Assembly: GCA_039545335.1 (NCBI GenBank)
Contig: BCIN01000007.1
Coordinates: 1,347,363-1,367,362, forward strand
Origin: Kondoa subrosea
Taxonomy: Eukaryota
Direction: 5' to 3'
DNA: 20,000 bases
The translations under genes and the position numbers were made by a program. The notes below the pieces were generated by a model. That model ran no database searches. It was not told where the DNA came from and was given only the letters and a program-made list of their open reading frames with translations. Shown piece after piece: positions 1-11,010 of the stretch; position 1 is the stretch's first letter, and the number at the start of each line of letters is the position of its first letter.

Positions 1-28
1 TTTCTCTTCCCTATGTGCATAGAGAAAA

Positions 29-713
29 TTAGAACTCCATCTCGCTCGACCCATTTGATCCGGTAGTTGGTGTAGTGGCATGATCCAACGAAGGAGAATT
101 AGCAGGCGTCGCACCAATTTGATTTGCGTTCACATCCGCTTGAGTGAAAGAAGAAGGACGTAAAGCGAGTTGAGCGAAAGGGTTCAAAGTTTCTGATGGT
201 CTGTACGGGTCAGCTTCTTCTATCAGCTCGAAAACGAGCAGATGATAGAAGAAGAGAACGTACGATGGTTCGGGAGAACCTAATTGAATAGAATCTTGCT
301 GCTGCTGCTGCGGGGGAGGTTGATATCTCACAGGTAACCCAGAAACAACCTGTCATATCAAGCCTCACTATTAAGCTCCTAACATGCAGCTAAGTACGAG
401 GCGGACTGACCCTTTGACGTTTCTCAGGTGAAAGTCTTTGTTCAACTTGTTCTACTAAATCCTCATACCCATCCCTTAACCTCTTCTTACCCAATAACCC
501 GCAATCCCAACCACCATCATCATCCTCATCATCGTAAGCACCCAAAACAAAAGAATCATGATCATGCAACATTGAACTGCTTGAACATGAAGTTGGAGCG
601 TAATAAATTATTCCAGCACTTGAGGAAGGGGTAGCTAAAGATGTAGAAGGTGAAGGGATAGGTTCACCCCAGGGTGCAGAGATTTGTTGAGCATGAGATT
701 GGTCGAAATCCAT
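29..713 (-). CDS. Hypothetical ~186 aa disordered protein with a putative bipartite NLS (3 exons)
   Basis: Exons 713-411, 349-264, 200-29. Introns 410-350 (GTCAGT..ACAG) and 263-201 (GTACGT..GCTGAC..ACAG) join ORFs 390..773 and 29..331 in frame (561 nt). KKRLR...EKRQR is NLS-like and there is a short polyQ. An alternative in-frame ATG lies at 773. No family recognised. Confidence 0.6.
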
Positions 714-803
714 TACTATTTGGTTCGAGAACAAGAGAGTTGCATGAATTTGTCCAGAAAACAACAAAGTCATGCTGAGGTGGAGACATAGCTATGTAAT
801 GCA

Positions 804-813
804 CTTATATATA
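804..813 (-). promoter_or_regulatory. TATA-like box upstream of the first orphan gene
   Basis: TATATATAAG on the minus strand, about 90 nt upstream of ATG 713 and about 30 nt upstream of ATG 773. Confidence 0.35.
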
Positions 814-1674
814 ATTGAGAGTACAATGATCTATTCCTTTCTTCCAGCTATACTTTGATGACCGAAAACAAGAATGAGGGAGGGATGAAAATGAAGGGAA
901 GGGTAGATCAAGATGTATGTTTTTTGCGGGTGCAGAATTGATGATAGGATCGCTTGATGCTGTGAAGAAGCTTGATAATGGTTCAGGCTTCAATAACATC
1001 GCAGCTGTTTTTGTTATGAAATGCTTTGACGAGCGAAAAGGTGTAGAAGCCGAATGGAAGCGAGCAGCTGAGCAGAATGGTGCCGAGCCGGACGGAGGTA
1101 GGCGAGGGAGATACAGAGGCGGAAAAGAGATTGACGAGGTAAATATCTTGCAGTTAGGCGAACGTGGAAGGGTGTAATTCTTGCAGAATCAATTTCAAGC
1201 TTCTTGGCGAAACAAAACGCAGTAGATTGTAGTAAAGGAGTTGGTCGAGACGCCAGGAGGTAGACAGGCGAGCGAACAGATGGCGAATGAAGGGCGAATT
1301 GTCGAAGTTACGAGGTGTTGTCCATACTTGCTGCGGTTATCGAAATTTGAGAGTAATTTTGCTGTTTTCGTTTTCAGTATCATAATCTTGAATCTTGGCA
1401 GGTATGAGGAGAGAGATGGAGGCGAGTTCTTGTCTTGATTTGGTCGGAAGTTTTGCTTGGAAGGGAAAGAGAGATAGTCGAGACGTTTTGTAGAATGGTA
1501 CAGGATCGTAAAGTATAAGTTGTGATACAGAGAGTAGATAATGGAGTGGGGAATACAGGTAATGAACGAATTGATGTAACAATGGGAGTAATGAATGTCT
1601 TGAAGTTGGATGTAGATGTTTTGGAAAGAGATCGCAAGGAGGCCAGCTCCGCCGAATCTTGAGTTTTGTTCGAT

Positions 1675-2542
1675 TTAGAAATGACCACCTGCAGAATTAA
1701 GAAGATTGATGGTATTAGTACGTGACTAATAAGACGCATTCTTCAACCTGCCTTGAGCTTGCCAACGACCTGTCAATTTGTTTCAGCCCTATGCTGGAGA
1801 AGCAAAGTGCGGGCAAGAACTGACCATAATAGCAACCCATAGCAGTTAAATCATCTTCAGAAGGTGTCGATTGATTTGCCGGAGGATAGATGACCGCAGG
1901 ATAATTGATTTGCTCCTGCTTCTTTTGCTGTTGAGATGGTTGAGGTGTGGCATCGTGATCCATGTCGTGATCCATGTCGACGTCGTCTTTTGGTGTAGAT
2001 GGGAACTGCCGAAGAATTGTAAGATGTGAAATAACAAGGCAAGAGAGTGAAACATACGGAATCGTTTGTGGAAACTGGTGAATTGCTTTGCTCAGCTTGA
2101 TAATTGTAAGGTGGGATTTGTATCGAATGAGGGCTACTCCAATCGTCAGTCACTTGCCCTCAGAATCCCGGGAATCGCGGTTCGAAACTCACAAAGTAGC
2201 TGATTGACCTGTATGCTCGCACTATTTATCAGCTCTCTAGTAATGTCTCTATATGATGATGAGGACTAACGAGTAGGAGGTCGAACGACGCAGCAGGAAT
2301 CTTGGTCTGAATCTTCCAGGTCTGAATCTGAAATAGCCATTTCCACTTCACCAGAATTGATGGGTGCATGTTGACCAGTGTAGTCATTGGCTTCAAAGAA
2401 ACTAGCAACCTGTGGAGATCAGAAGTTTTTTAGAATCACGTCCAAGTTTGGCAACTTCATGTCACGAGAAAAAACTACTGACTCTGCATTTCTTAGAGCT
2501 CGATTCGCGTCCTTCAGAGTGTTCGTCGAATGTGCGCTTCAT
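1675..2542 (-). CDS. Hypothetical ~167 aa disordered acidic protein with an N-terminal NLS-like motif (7 exons)
   Basis: Exons 2542-2483, 2409-2271, 2208-2193, 2133-2058, 2005-1825, 1769-1752, 1688-1675 (504 nt, open). Five GT-AG introns of 52-73 nt plus one likely GC-AG intron (1751-1689). Reads MKRTFDEHSEGRESSSKKCR...TAMGCYYGRWQAQGGHF*. The 3' end is the least certain part. Confidence 0.6.
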
Positions 2543-2724
2543 GTGTGTGTAGGTAGGAATAGAGGAATATGAGGAAAGATGTTGTTCAAGAGCAACAAGC
2601 ATTTTTTGAAAAATCGGAAATCTGTTTATGCGCGAACGGGAAATCCGGGGATGACAAGGGAAGGCACCTTCTTAGACCGTGTTATTCCTCTCACGCGCAT
2701 GACATTGACTACTGCATGAGCTAT

Positions 2725-4060
2725 CTAACCAGGTGGTAACATTGTAGAATCCATAACTTCCACTTCCGCTTCCACATCATCTTCTTCATTCCCATCAGCA
2801 ATTGAACTCCATCCTCTAGGCATGACCATTACACCTGAGACGAATGACATCTCAGTAACAAAACCCAAACGCGTAATAGAGGCCCGACTCACCAGTTCTA
2901 GCAGCTTCCAAAATTCCATAAGGTCTAACCAATCTCAAGAAACTGTCAATCTTTGCAGTCTTGCCAGTCAATTCCACCACAACGCAATCGTTGGACACAT
3001 CACTGATTTTCCCATGAAATTGTCTAGCTAAAGTTTCAATGCTTGCTAAATGTAAATGTTTTTGTCTTAATGCTTGAGAAGCGGTAATATGACCACTTGT
3101 GGAAGAATGAGAAGTTGAAGAACCTTCCCATAAACCAGTTGAATCTTCATTGGATGAAGAAGAAGATAGGTTGGCGTAAGGGTTAGATTGAGCTGCTGCA
3201 TTAGCTGCTCTTTCAGCTAATCGAATCGCTGGTGAACTCGAATCCAGTCCTTCTGATTCCCCGCCTTCTTCTTCTTTTCCTTCTTCTATCGCTTCACGTT
3301 GTTGTTGCTGCGAAGAAGATTGAGGTAAAGGTTGATTCCATCTTCTAGCTAACTGATCTTCGAAATAATCGGGACCCAGAATAGATATTTTCACCAATAA
3401 CAATTCTCTTTGAACGGATTTGGTTTGAGTGAAGTTGAGAACAGCCCAAACAGGTACTAAATCTTCCAATTGTCGACGAGCTTGTTCGATGACTGTATCT
3501 TGACCTCGTAGAACAATTGACATTCTACTCAAATCTTTCACTTCCGTTGCGCATACTACTAAACTCTCAATACTATCATGCACATAACAGCATCAGCTTT
3601 TTCTTGTCCCTTGTATTAAGCGTAGAGAAAAGGAGAACTAACTTGAAACCTCTTGCAGCTAAACAACCCGATACTCTACTAAGTACACCAGGTTCGTTCT
3701 GTACCAAGCAATTCAAAGTATGTTTCACAAAAGGTTGACTAGAAGGAGGTGGTGTGTTGTACAAAATATTGGAAACTGCTTCTTGAGCTGACCATTTAGG
3801 TGGATCAATTGTTGGTAAGGGAGGCGGTCTTCGATGAGGATGAGCAAGTTTATAATCTAAAGCTGAAGCTGCATCGTCGAAATGTCGTTCAGCTCGTTTC
3901 TGTTCACAGATCCAATGCATGAGTCAGAATGATAACAATTTCCAGAAGCGAGAGAGAGAGAACGCACTGGATCTTTTGGTGCTGCTGTACAAGAGGAAGT
4001 ACTGAAATTGGCTGATTTAGGTAGATGCCGGAGCACTCTGACAGCTTTGTTGGAAACCAT
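2725..4060 (-). CDS. ILV6: Mitochondrial acetolactate synthase regulatory (small) subunit, ~379 aa (4 exons)
   Basis: Exons 4060-3968, 3899-3643, 3572-2893, 2834-2725. Basic/Ser-rich targeting peptide, ACT domain [54 protein letters not shown] and the C-terminal LPPG typical of fungal Ilv6. Confidence 0.95.
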
Positions 4061-4276
4061 AACCAAAAGAAATGGTTTGAATCTAACAATTTTTTTATAG
4101 GCTGGGCTTTGTCGGAGTCGCGTCAAGAAACAATGAAGCCCCGGACTTGATTGAATCACGGAAGTGGGAGAAAGCTTTGCAATACAATAATCTTGTATGA
4201 ACAGACAGTACAACAGAATGAAACCCAAGAAATAAATCAAGCAAGAAAACTTTCAGTACACCTTCATCACATTACT

Positions 4277-4331
4277 CTAACTAACAGGTGGGGCAAGCGG
4301 TTTTAGCTTGACAGAGAAGCTACTGCTGCTT

Positions 4332-4363
<32 letters not shown>

Positions 4364-7300
4364 TTGTTGTTGTGGTTCTCCTGCTCCATTGACACTTGAT
4401 GGCTGTTGCGCCGTCGATGAATTCGGCTTATGATATATATCTCCATGCGCTGATCTAGCAGTATTGGCATCCAGAGGTTGAGCTACTTCTTCAGGTCGAG
4501 GAGTAGATAAGAAAGAAGCCAAAGGTGGTGAAACTCGACGTACTTGCTGGCCAAACATTCCTGTCGTTGCTTTTCTGTTAGCGTCAAAGGTAGAGGCAGT
4601 GGAAGAAGGTGTAGGTGCAGCAGTGCTAGTTGAAGCAGTAGGATGATGTTGAATAGAATGTAAGTAAGGATTGGCACTGTTTGGATAGTGATTTCTAGGC
4701 GGTGATGGTGGTCGATTGATGATCGGGGCTTGTCTAGGTAGCGCGACAGGAGATGGACCAGTCAAAGGTACCGATCTAGGAGGTGGTGGAATATTTTGTT
4801 GCATGAAAGCTGGAGGTGCAGCCTGTTGTGGAGTAGGGAAAGCTGGATGATGGGGTTGGAAGTGAGGCGGTGCAAATTCAGCAGGCAAAGGAGGCGGAGG
4901 ACCAACTCCCATGCCTAAGGGTGGTATTTGAGGTGGATAGAGATTAGAATATAGACTTCGAGGCGGAAGCTATATAACTTTGTCAGAAACAGCAAATATA
5001 CTACGCATAGCTGAACTTACACCCATCTGCTCTAGATCGGCATGTACGATATCTTTGTCCAATCCGACCAGGCCGCGTTCGGTCTCTGGCGGCACGGTCT
5101 GTCTTCGGAAGGCACATGCAAGTCCTTCTTCTGTATATGGACGTCCTTGTATAGCGAGATGTTGCTGGAAAGTCCTTCGATCTGAATGACAAGCCAAAAG
5201 GATCGCTATGCGTTCTGTGAGGCAGCCAAATTTGTTAACTGTGAATCATAGTGATGCTAATGGTCGCGCTCACCATCTTTCGGCCTTTCCATCATTCGGC
5301 GTTCTCGTTCGACTTGCCGTCTTCGTCTATTGATATCTTGTAGCTCGCTAGCCCGAAGCTCGGCCTTCTCTTTCTATATGCAGTCAAGCATTAGCAACTG
5401 GCTTCTTGATTTGATGGAACACTGACAGCCCAATGCGTCCAAATCGTTCTCTCTTCGCATGCAAATTCTCGATCATATTCCTTCTCCAAGTGAGCCAAAG
5501 TTTTACTGGCCAGTTCCAGCTTGGACGTCCTCCTCTTTTCTATCAACTCATTGAGGAGAACCAATTCAGGATGATTGCCTAAGTTCTGAAGCATCAGCAA
5601 TATCCCATACAAGGCAAGAGGTGAAAACTGACCTGCTTCTACGGCTTCTCTATCGCGAACGACTTCTTCCATTCGCTCGATATAAAGACGATCTCTGAGC
5701 TTAGCGAACTCGATTTCGATCTTGAAAAGTGCTTCTAAGGCTTTCATGCGATGTTTAAGAGCTGCATCTGTTCGGTCCCTGCACAGTCAGCTGCTATACA
5801 GCTATCATGTGCGAACAACGAACCGTCCTCGTTGACTTCTGGTTCACTTTCGGCAGATCGCTCTTCAAAATCAGGATCCATCAAATCCCTCTCGCTCTCC
5901 ATTTCTTCGATCTCTTCCTTTTCAGCAAGCAATTGCGATTTCGACTTCTTTTTCCCGAAAAGACCAGACATATTTGGTTTCTTCTTTTTGGAGGAATACC
6001 CTTTCTTTTTTGCTGGTGATTTCCTGACGATCACTGGAGCTGCAACCATTTCTTCTTCTTCCTCCTCTTCCTCTTCTTCTTCCGCTTCCATCATATCCAC
6101 ATCTTCCTCTTCAGAATGGTTCCTGGTAGTAGCAATTTCAGGTTGAGTAGCTTCTTCTCCTTCTTCCATGACTTCATCTTCTACTATAGGTTTCGGGTCC
6201 AACTGTTCTACTTTAGCAGTTGTTGTCGTTGTAGTAGTCGTGTCTTCAACAGGCAATTCAGGTAAATTGTCCAATTCCATTTCTCTTCTAATAGATGGAT
6301 CAGGTAAGAGTGAAGTAGATCTTGTCAATCGAGGGGATTTTCTAGGCTCGTTATTGTTATTGCTATTAGAAAGAGATTGGTTGGAGTGATTGGATCCAGA
6401 GTCCATGGCTACACCTCCTTGCAATTGCGTCAAAGGAGATTCATCATCATCTTCACCTATAGACGATTTCCTCTTCTTTCTGGAACTCCTCATTTTCTCT
6501 GTTCAGAAACAACGATATGTAAGCTATTCGATTGCCATCTAGCTCAATGAACAAACGAACCTGATAAAGAAGCGATTGCAGCTCTTCTCTTTGCTCGAGC
6601 TTGTCTGGCAACCATTGTCCTACTGTCACTCCCACCTTCGCCCGAACCGCGAGAAGAAGAATGTTGATCGTCTGAATTGTATTCACCTGAAGTTCGTTCA
6701 GATTGGGTTGAAGAAGATTTAGCCATACTTGGTGCAGTCATGATGAAATCATGTTGATCTCGTCCATCTTCTGGTTCCGGATGGTGTTCTGGTTCAGCCT
6801 GAATGATAGAGTTGGGTAGGATTGTTTGAGTAGAAGAAAGAGGAGCAGCAAGAGGTGGTGAGCGTTGAGGTAAAGGTAATTCGGATTCAGGTTCTGGAGT
6901 TAAACTTGAAGTCTTTCCATTCTGACGCGATTTGACAGGTGTTTGAGCTGGTAAGGTGTTGGAAGTTGCCGTTATAGGTGCTTCAGCTCCTGGAGCTTCT
7001 GTGATCGTGGTAGGCTGAATTGGAGCCTGCGTGCGTTTGTAAATATGTGTACTTTCATCGTCCGAATTCTCCAATTGAGAAAGCTCTGATTCAGCGGCCT
7101 CATCTGCTGCTGCCCCTGTCTTGTCTGTCTGAGCATTGATAGTGTTGTTAGCATGTAAAGATGGCGATAAAGGCGGAGTAGTAGCTAAATCTGTTAAGGC
7201 TTCGCTTTCTTCTGAATTAGCGCGGGTTGACTTTTGTGCTGAAGAGCCTGTGTTAGGCTTGCTGCTAGATCCAAGGGGTGCTGCGTAAAACTTTGCAGCT

Positions 7301-7500
7301 TGAGCAAGTTCGCCGGCTTCTGTTTCGCTCAAAGGTTCCGTTTCAGCGTCAGAGTCCATGTTGGTGAGAGGTGAGTCTGCTTGAGCTGCTGCTGCTGCCA
7401 TCAGAGCTTGCTCAGCTGGAGTAGGCAAGGTTGAAAGTTGTGCTTCTAAGCTAGTTATCGCGTTGATATCAGCTGTGGTCAAGCTGGAAGCCTCTTCCAT
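4277..7500 (-). CDS. Sds3/Dep1-like subunit of the Sin3-Rpd3L histone deacetylase complex, ~962 aa (7 exons)
   Basis: Exons 7500-6561, 6498-5824, 5767-5633, 5578-5427, 5373-5274, 5214-5021, 4969-4277 (2889 nt, open). Coiled-coil Sds3-like region RMKALEALFKIEIEFAKLRDRLYIERMEEV...GNHPEL...GLDKDIVHADLEQMG, flanked by a long acidic/disordered N-terminus and a Pro/Gln-rich C-terminus. Confidence 0.85.
4325..4372 (-). repeat. CAG/CAA microsatellite encoding polyQ and an adjacent Ser run
   Basis: (tgc/tgt)n run on the plus strand within the last exon of the Sds3-like gene. Confidence 0.85.
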
Positions 7501-8011
7501 GGCTACAGGTAGGCTTGGACTGCAATGCTAGGACGGTGCGCTGAGCAGAAAGTGTGGTTGATGTTTCGCTGTTCCAAGTCGAGCCCGCTTTCATGCGTTT
7601 TGTTCTCATCGGTGATCCGGATTCAGCCTGGCTCAGAGCATTCACACACATGCACTGTGTCCTACTTGCATCCTCCTTGCATGCGCCAGTTGTCCTTTGA
7701 AGCTTCTCGGACCTGATTCTACTGTCATTGGTGCAAACCTTCTTTTACTGCTATTAATCTGCTCAGTCCCTATTGCCATGCTCTTGCTCGTCGTAATGTT
7801 CTGCACTCTATCAATCACCAGGGATCTCGAAGTTAATGAGCTGGACGCGAACGAGAAGGCCATAGCCTGCTGCCTGATCTTTCCGCATTCTCTGAGCTGG
7901 CTGCTGTCAATCACACAGAGGTATCGTCCAGCTCTTACGCACTACTGCGTACCGTGTGTCTCGCATCATGAGTTATCTCATGCATTGTGCGCTAAAGACT
8001 TTTGCGATTTG

Positions 8012-8605
8012 CTACTCTACTGCCCTTAAATGCACCTGAGCATTACTGAAATCTACAGTCAGAATCTGATTTTTCTCTTCCTTGGCTGGTCGAGCAGCCA
8101 TGGCAAAGACTTGTACATGCCAATCTTGCTCATCCGCAAACACCCAACACATTTCTCTAAGCGGTACTCTTTCAATCACTTTCTCTCCCTTCAACACCAA
8201 TTGGTAAAGCCACAAACTACTACCTAACTCATCTGACTCTCTTCGAAACTCAATCGTTGTCTTCCCTTCTTCTTCTTGTTCTTGATGGGAATTGGGTGAA
8301 AGTTGCCAATCACTCCAAGATTGAGTAGAAACAGAAGCGAGGTAAGGTTTATCTTGATAGTATTCTATACCAGCTTTAATCCATGGATCCGGTTTTGATG
8401 TTGATGAGGAAGATTGGAAACGCAAGAGGAGCCCTGCTTGATCGTAACGAAATTTCCAGGGAGCGGAAAAGGTAATTCGAGCGCTTTGAAAAGTACTTAG
8501 AGGAAGGAGATTGGATAGAGCATGAGTGGGAGCGTTAGAGGCATTTGTATTAGGTGGTTTTCTCCAGAGGTCAGTTCCGCATTGGGCGGAGATCTGAAAG
8601 GTCAT
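8012..8605 (-). CDS. DUF1349 family (Ree1-like, concanavalin A-like fold) protein, ~197 aa, intronless
   Basis: Single ORF from ATG 8605. Motifs GTDLWRKPP..NAP, YDQAGLLL, WIKAGIEY, SVST..WSDW and MAARP match the fungal DUF1349 pattern. Confidence 0.8.
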   Translation of the reverse strand: MTFQISAQCGTDLWRKPPNTNASNAPTHALSNLLPLSTFQSARITFSAPWKFRYDQAGLLLRFQSSSSTSKPDPWIKAGIEYYQDKPYLASVSTQSWSDWQLSPNSHQEQEEEGKTTIEFRRESDELGSSLWLYQLVLKGEKVIERVPLREMCWVFADEQDWHVQVFAMAARPAKEEKNQILTVDFSNAQVHLRAVE

Positions 8606-9099
8606 TGCGAAGAGATATCGCGGCAATGTTCAACCTGCGAATGAGATCGAAATAGTGCAAAGAGATTTGGCAGTTCGGGCGGAAAGAAGCAAGCTGACAG
8701 AACTGGCTTATTGTCAAGGTTGCCCATAAACGGTTCTTTTGAGCTATCATTTAGAGCCATATCCAAAGTGGATGGCAATCAAACTCGCGAATATACACCG
8801 GCCTTCCTATGTTACGGTTTCGCCTGGAATGTCGATCACTTTCAAGACTTGTTACAACTTACGACATCATGCTGTATTTCTCTTGCTGTTCTGCCTTTGC
8901 GATCCCTCTCGTCAGCGTTGCACGCCTGGTGCGCTTAAAACAAGGCGAAAGCTTCGTGGAGTATGCGATGAACGTCGCGCTAGGCTATGCAAGTTTTCTG
9001 TTTTCGATATACGGATGTACTACAGTGCAATGTTCGGGCAGTTCGTTAGCGTTCAAGCTTTTCCCTTCTATATGCGCGTCTTTTTCAGATCTACTTCTG

Positions 9100-9989
9100 A
9101 TGCTTCGGATGCGTTTGCTAGCTGGACTGTTGGTCTGTCTGTGTCATGTCTCAGCTATGGTTCTTCTACCGACTTCACGCTCTTCACTCAGAAATACATC
9201 AAGTAGTGTTGAGGCCAAGATAAACCCAACAGCAACAAACCTCTCGTCAAGGGAAGTTTGGGATATTGTCAAGTTTCTGCCTTGGTGGAATCCTTGTACG
9301 TGAGCTTAACGTGGACGGAGGCTTCATGTTCTGATCTTCCCTAAGACGAAACAACGCAAGGTTTGTCCTTTGACTATGAAGTCGTCCCGATCCGTTGACT
9401 GGAAGCAGGACAAGACAACCCCCAATTAACGATCTATGAACCAGTACCAACAGTCCACCAGCCTGCTCCTCAGCCTGTTCAGCCAGCGACTGCCTACCAA
9501 ACTCCAGCTCAGCCCACTCCGGTTCCTTATAGCCCTCCATCTACCTGTTCTTACAGCAATACATGCACAATTTGCGTCTCTTCCTTGAATCTGATCAAAT
9601 TGGATAGTTGTTCTTCTTGGACTGCATTGGAATCTGTTCGTTCATCTTTTATCCTTTTGCTATCCAAACTAATCTAAGCTGAACGATCGATGGCAGTGTT
9701 GGACTCAATGTCCTGGTCAGATGAACACTTATATAGCACAACAAAGATTGCAGTCCTGTACTGGTCAGAGAGGTGCTGTGGTAGCCTGTCAATATCCTGT
9801 AAGTCCCATTGCCAAGCCAGAAATTGCAGACTGAGCTTCATTGGGTTATAGTATGGATGCTCAACTTGTTCGTCTTCATGCGGTGGCGGTATCTACTACA
9901 GTTCGGCAACGAATACCAAGCATAATACAGTACTGCTGGTTGGGTCTAGCATCCTTTTCGCTTGGATCTTTCAGTCTTCGCGCGTCTGA
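9100..9989 (+). CDS. Secreted Cys-rich protein with a Pro/Gln/Thr-rich linker and a putative GPI-anchor signal, ~225 aa (5 exons)
   Basis: Exons 9100-9295, 9346-9360, 9409-9635, 9697-9798, 9852-9989 (678 nt, open). Introns of 50, 48, 61 and 53 nt with donors GTACGT, GTTTGT, GTTCGT, GTAAGT. Signal-peptide-like MLRMRLLAGLLVCLCHVSA, 11 Cys in the C-terminal domain, tail SSATNTKHNTVLLVGSSILFAWIFQSSRV*. Confidence 0.75.
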
Positions 9990-10134
9990 GGTGATGAAGA
10001 GCAAATATTCCATTAAGCAGTATGACGAGGCAGAGGAAGAGAGATCCAGGCTGGGAACGAGAATTACACTTTGCATTGAACTTGTGATTATTACATTATA
10101 CCAAGATAACCCAAAATTGCAGAACCTGAGGGAA

Positions 10135-10890
10135 CTAGAGACCAGAGGTGAATGGCCCTCGTATCCGTCTTGCCAATCTACGGGGCAAAATGTCAGTGCC
10201 AGGCTTTGGATGAGCAAGAGGTCAATCCAACTGAATATCTCTGTCCATTACTAGAAAGCTTTTCAGTATATATTCGGCCTAGACAACAAGAGAGACTCAC
10301 TCGTAACTCTCTTGGCATGTATTGCACAGAGATTTGCATCCTCGAACAGATGCACGAGAAACCTATCTCTTGATTTGTAAGCCAAATTTGAGCACAATGT
10401 GCAAGCTGACTTACGCTTCCGTAGCTTCTTGCAATGCCAGCAAAGCAGAAGACTGCCATCTCAACCCAACACCCTCGTCGCTCAACGGTGCAAACTCCAT
10501 AGCGATTTCCCTAACCAATCTAGCAAACGGTAATTTCCTCAAGAGCAGATCTGTAGATTTCTGAAACTTGCGAATCTCCCTTAAAGCTTTCGTTCCAGGT
10601 CTGTACCGATGTGGTTTCTTGACTGGGTTCCTTTCTTGCTGACTAGCTTCACCTTGAGCTTGAATGATTGGATCTCCAGCTTCCATCCAATTGTAAGATT
10701 ATTCGGTCTATAGTCCCATCGAATAGATGCTCACGTCTGACACCGCCTAAGAGACCACGCTTCACTTTGCCCTTGCCTTTCCCTTTACCCTTGGTTTGCA
10801 ATGGCTTGACTGGACTTTGAGTCAATCTGGCCTGTATTGGAGAGTGATCGGTACGAGCATATCAACTGGGCAGCAATAGGTGTATACCAT
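10135..10890 (-). CDS. CSE4: Centromeric histone H3 variant CENP-A/CenH3, ~162 aa (6 exons)
   Basis: Exons 10890-10888 (ATG only), 10831-10735, 10679-10415, 10362-10301, 10250-10232, 10177-10135. H3 fold with CenH3 hallmarks: divergent N-tail with [14 protein letters not shown] (H3 Q68 replaced), longer loop 1 ([13 protein letters not shown]), LRWQS (F84 to W), VHLFEDANL. Ends [20 protein letters not shown]. Confidence 0.93.
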
Positions 10891-11010
10891 GATCCAGTCA
10901 GTGGGCCTTCTCTAAGCAGCCAAGCTCAACTCAGCAGATGGTCGAGACAGATCAAAAGCCACCTTTTTCGCAAACGCTGATTTATCTACTCCCTTGATAC
11001 TTCGGATAGC

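Noticed and set aside
805..1674. Several 60-120 aa ORFs on both strands between the two orphan genes
   Set aside because: No recognisable motifs or consistent splice structure. The skewed purine/pyrimidine composition favours chance ORFs; more likely UTR or promoter.
7697..8029. Hydrophobic plus-strand ORF resembling a membrane protein, and overlapping ORF 7642..7914
   Set aside because: Non-ATG starts, overlap with the DUF1349 3' end, and no splice or family support.
8711..9099. Upstream ORFs 8711..8938 and 8739..9206, and the 5' part of 8809..9303
   Set aside because: The signal-peptide-like sequence begins at ATG 9100 or 9109. The upstream region is better explained as the divergent promoter.
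9247..9540. Minus-strand 97 aa ORF with a TATA-like CTATATAAG near 9730
   Set aside because: Antisense to the secreted-protein gene; the TATA-like sequence lies within coding exon 4.
10411..10686. Canonical histone H3 or a truncated H3 pseudogene
   Set aside because: The ORF stop lies in an intron donor (GTAAGT). Splicing restores a complete fold with CenH3-diagnostic residues.
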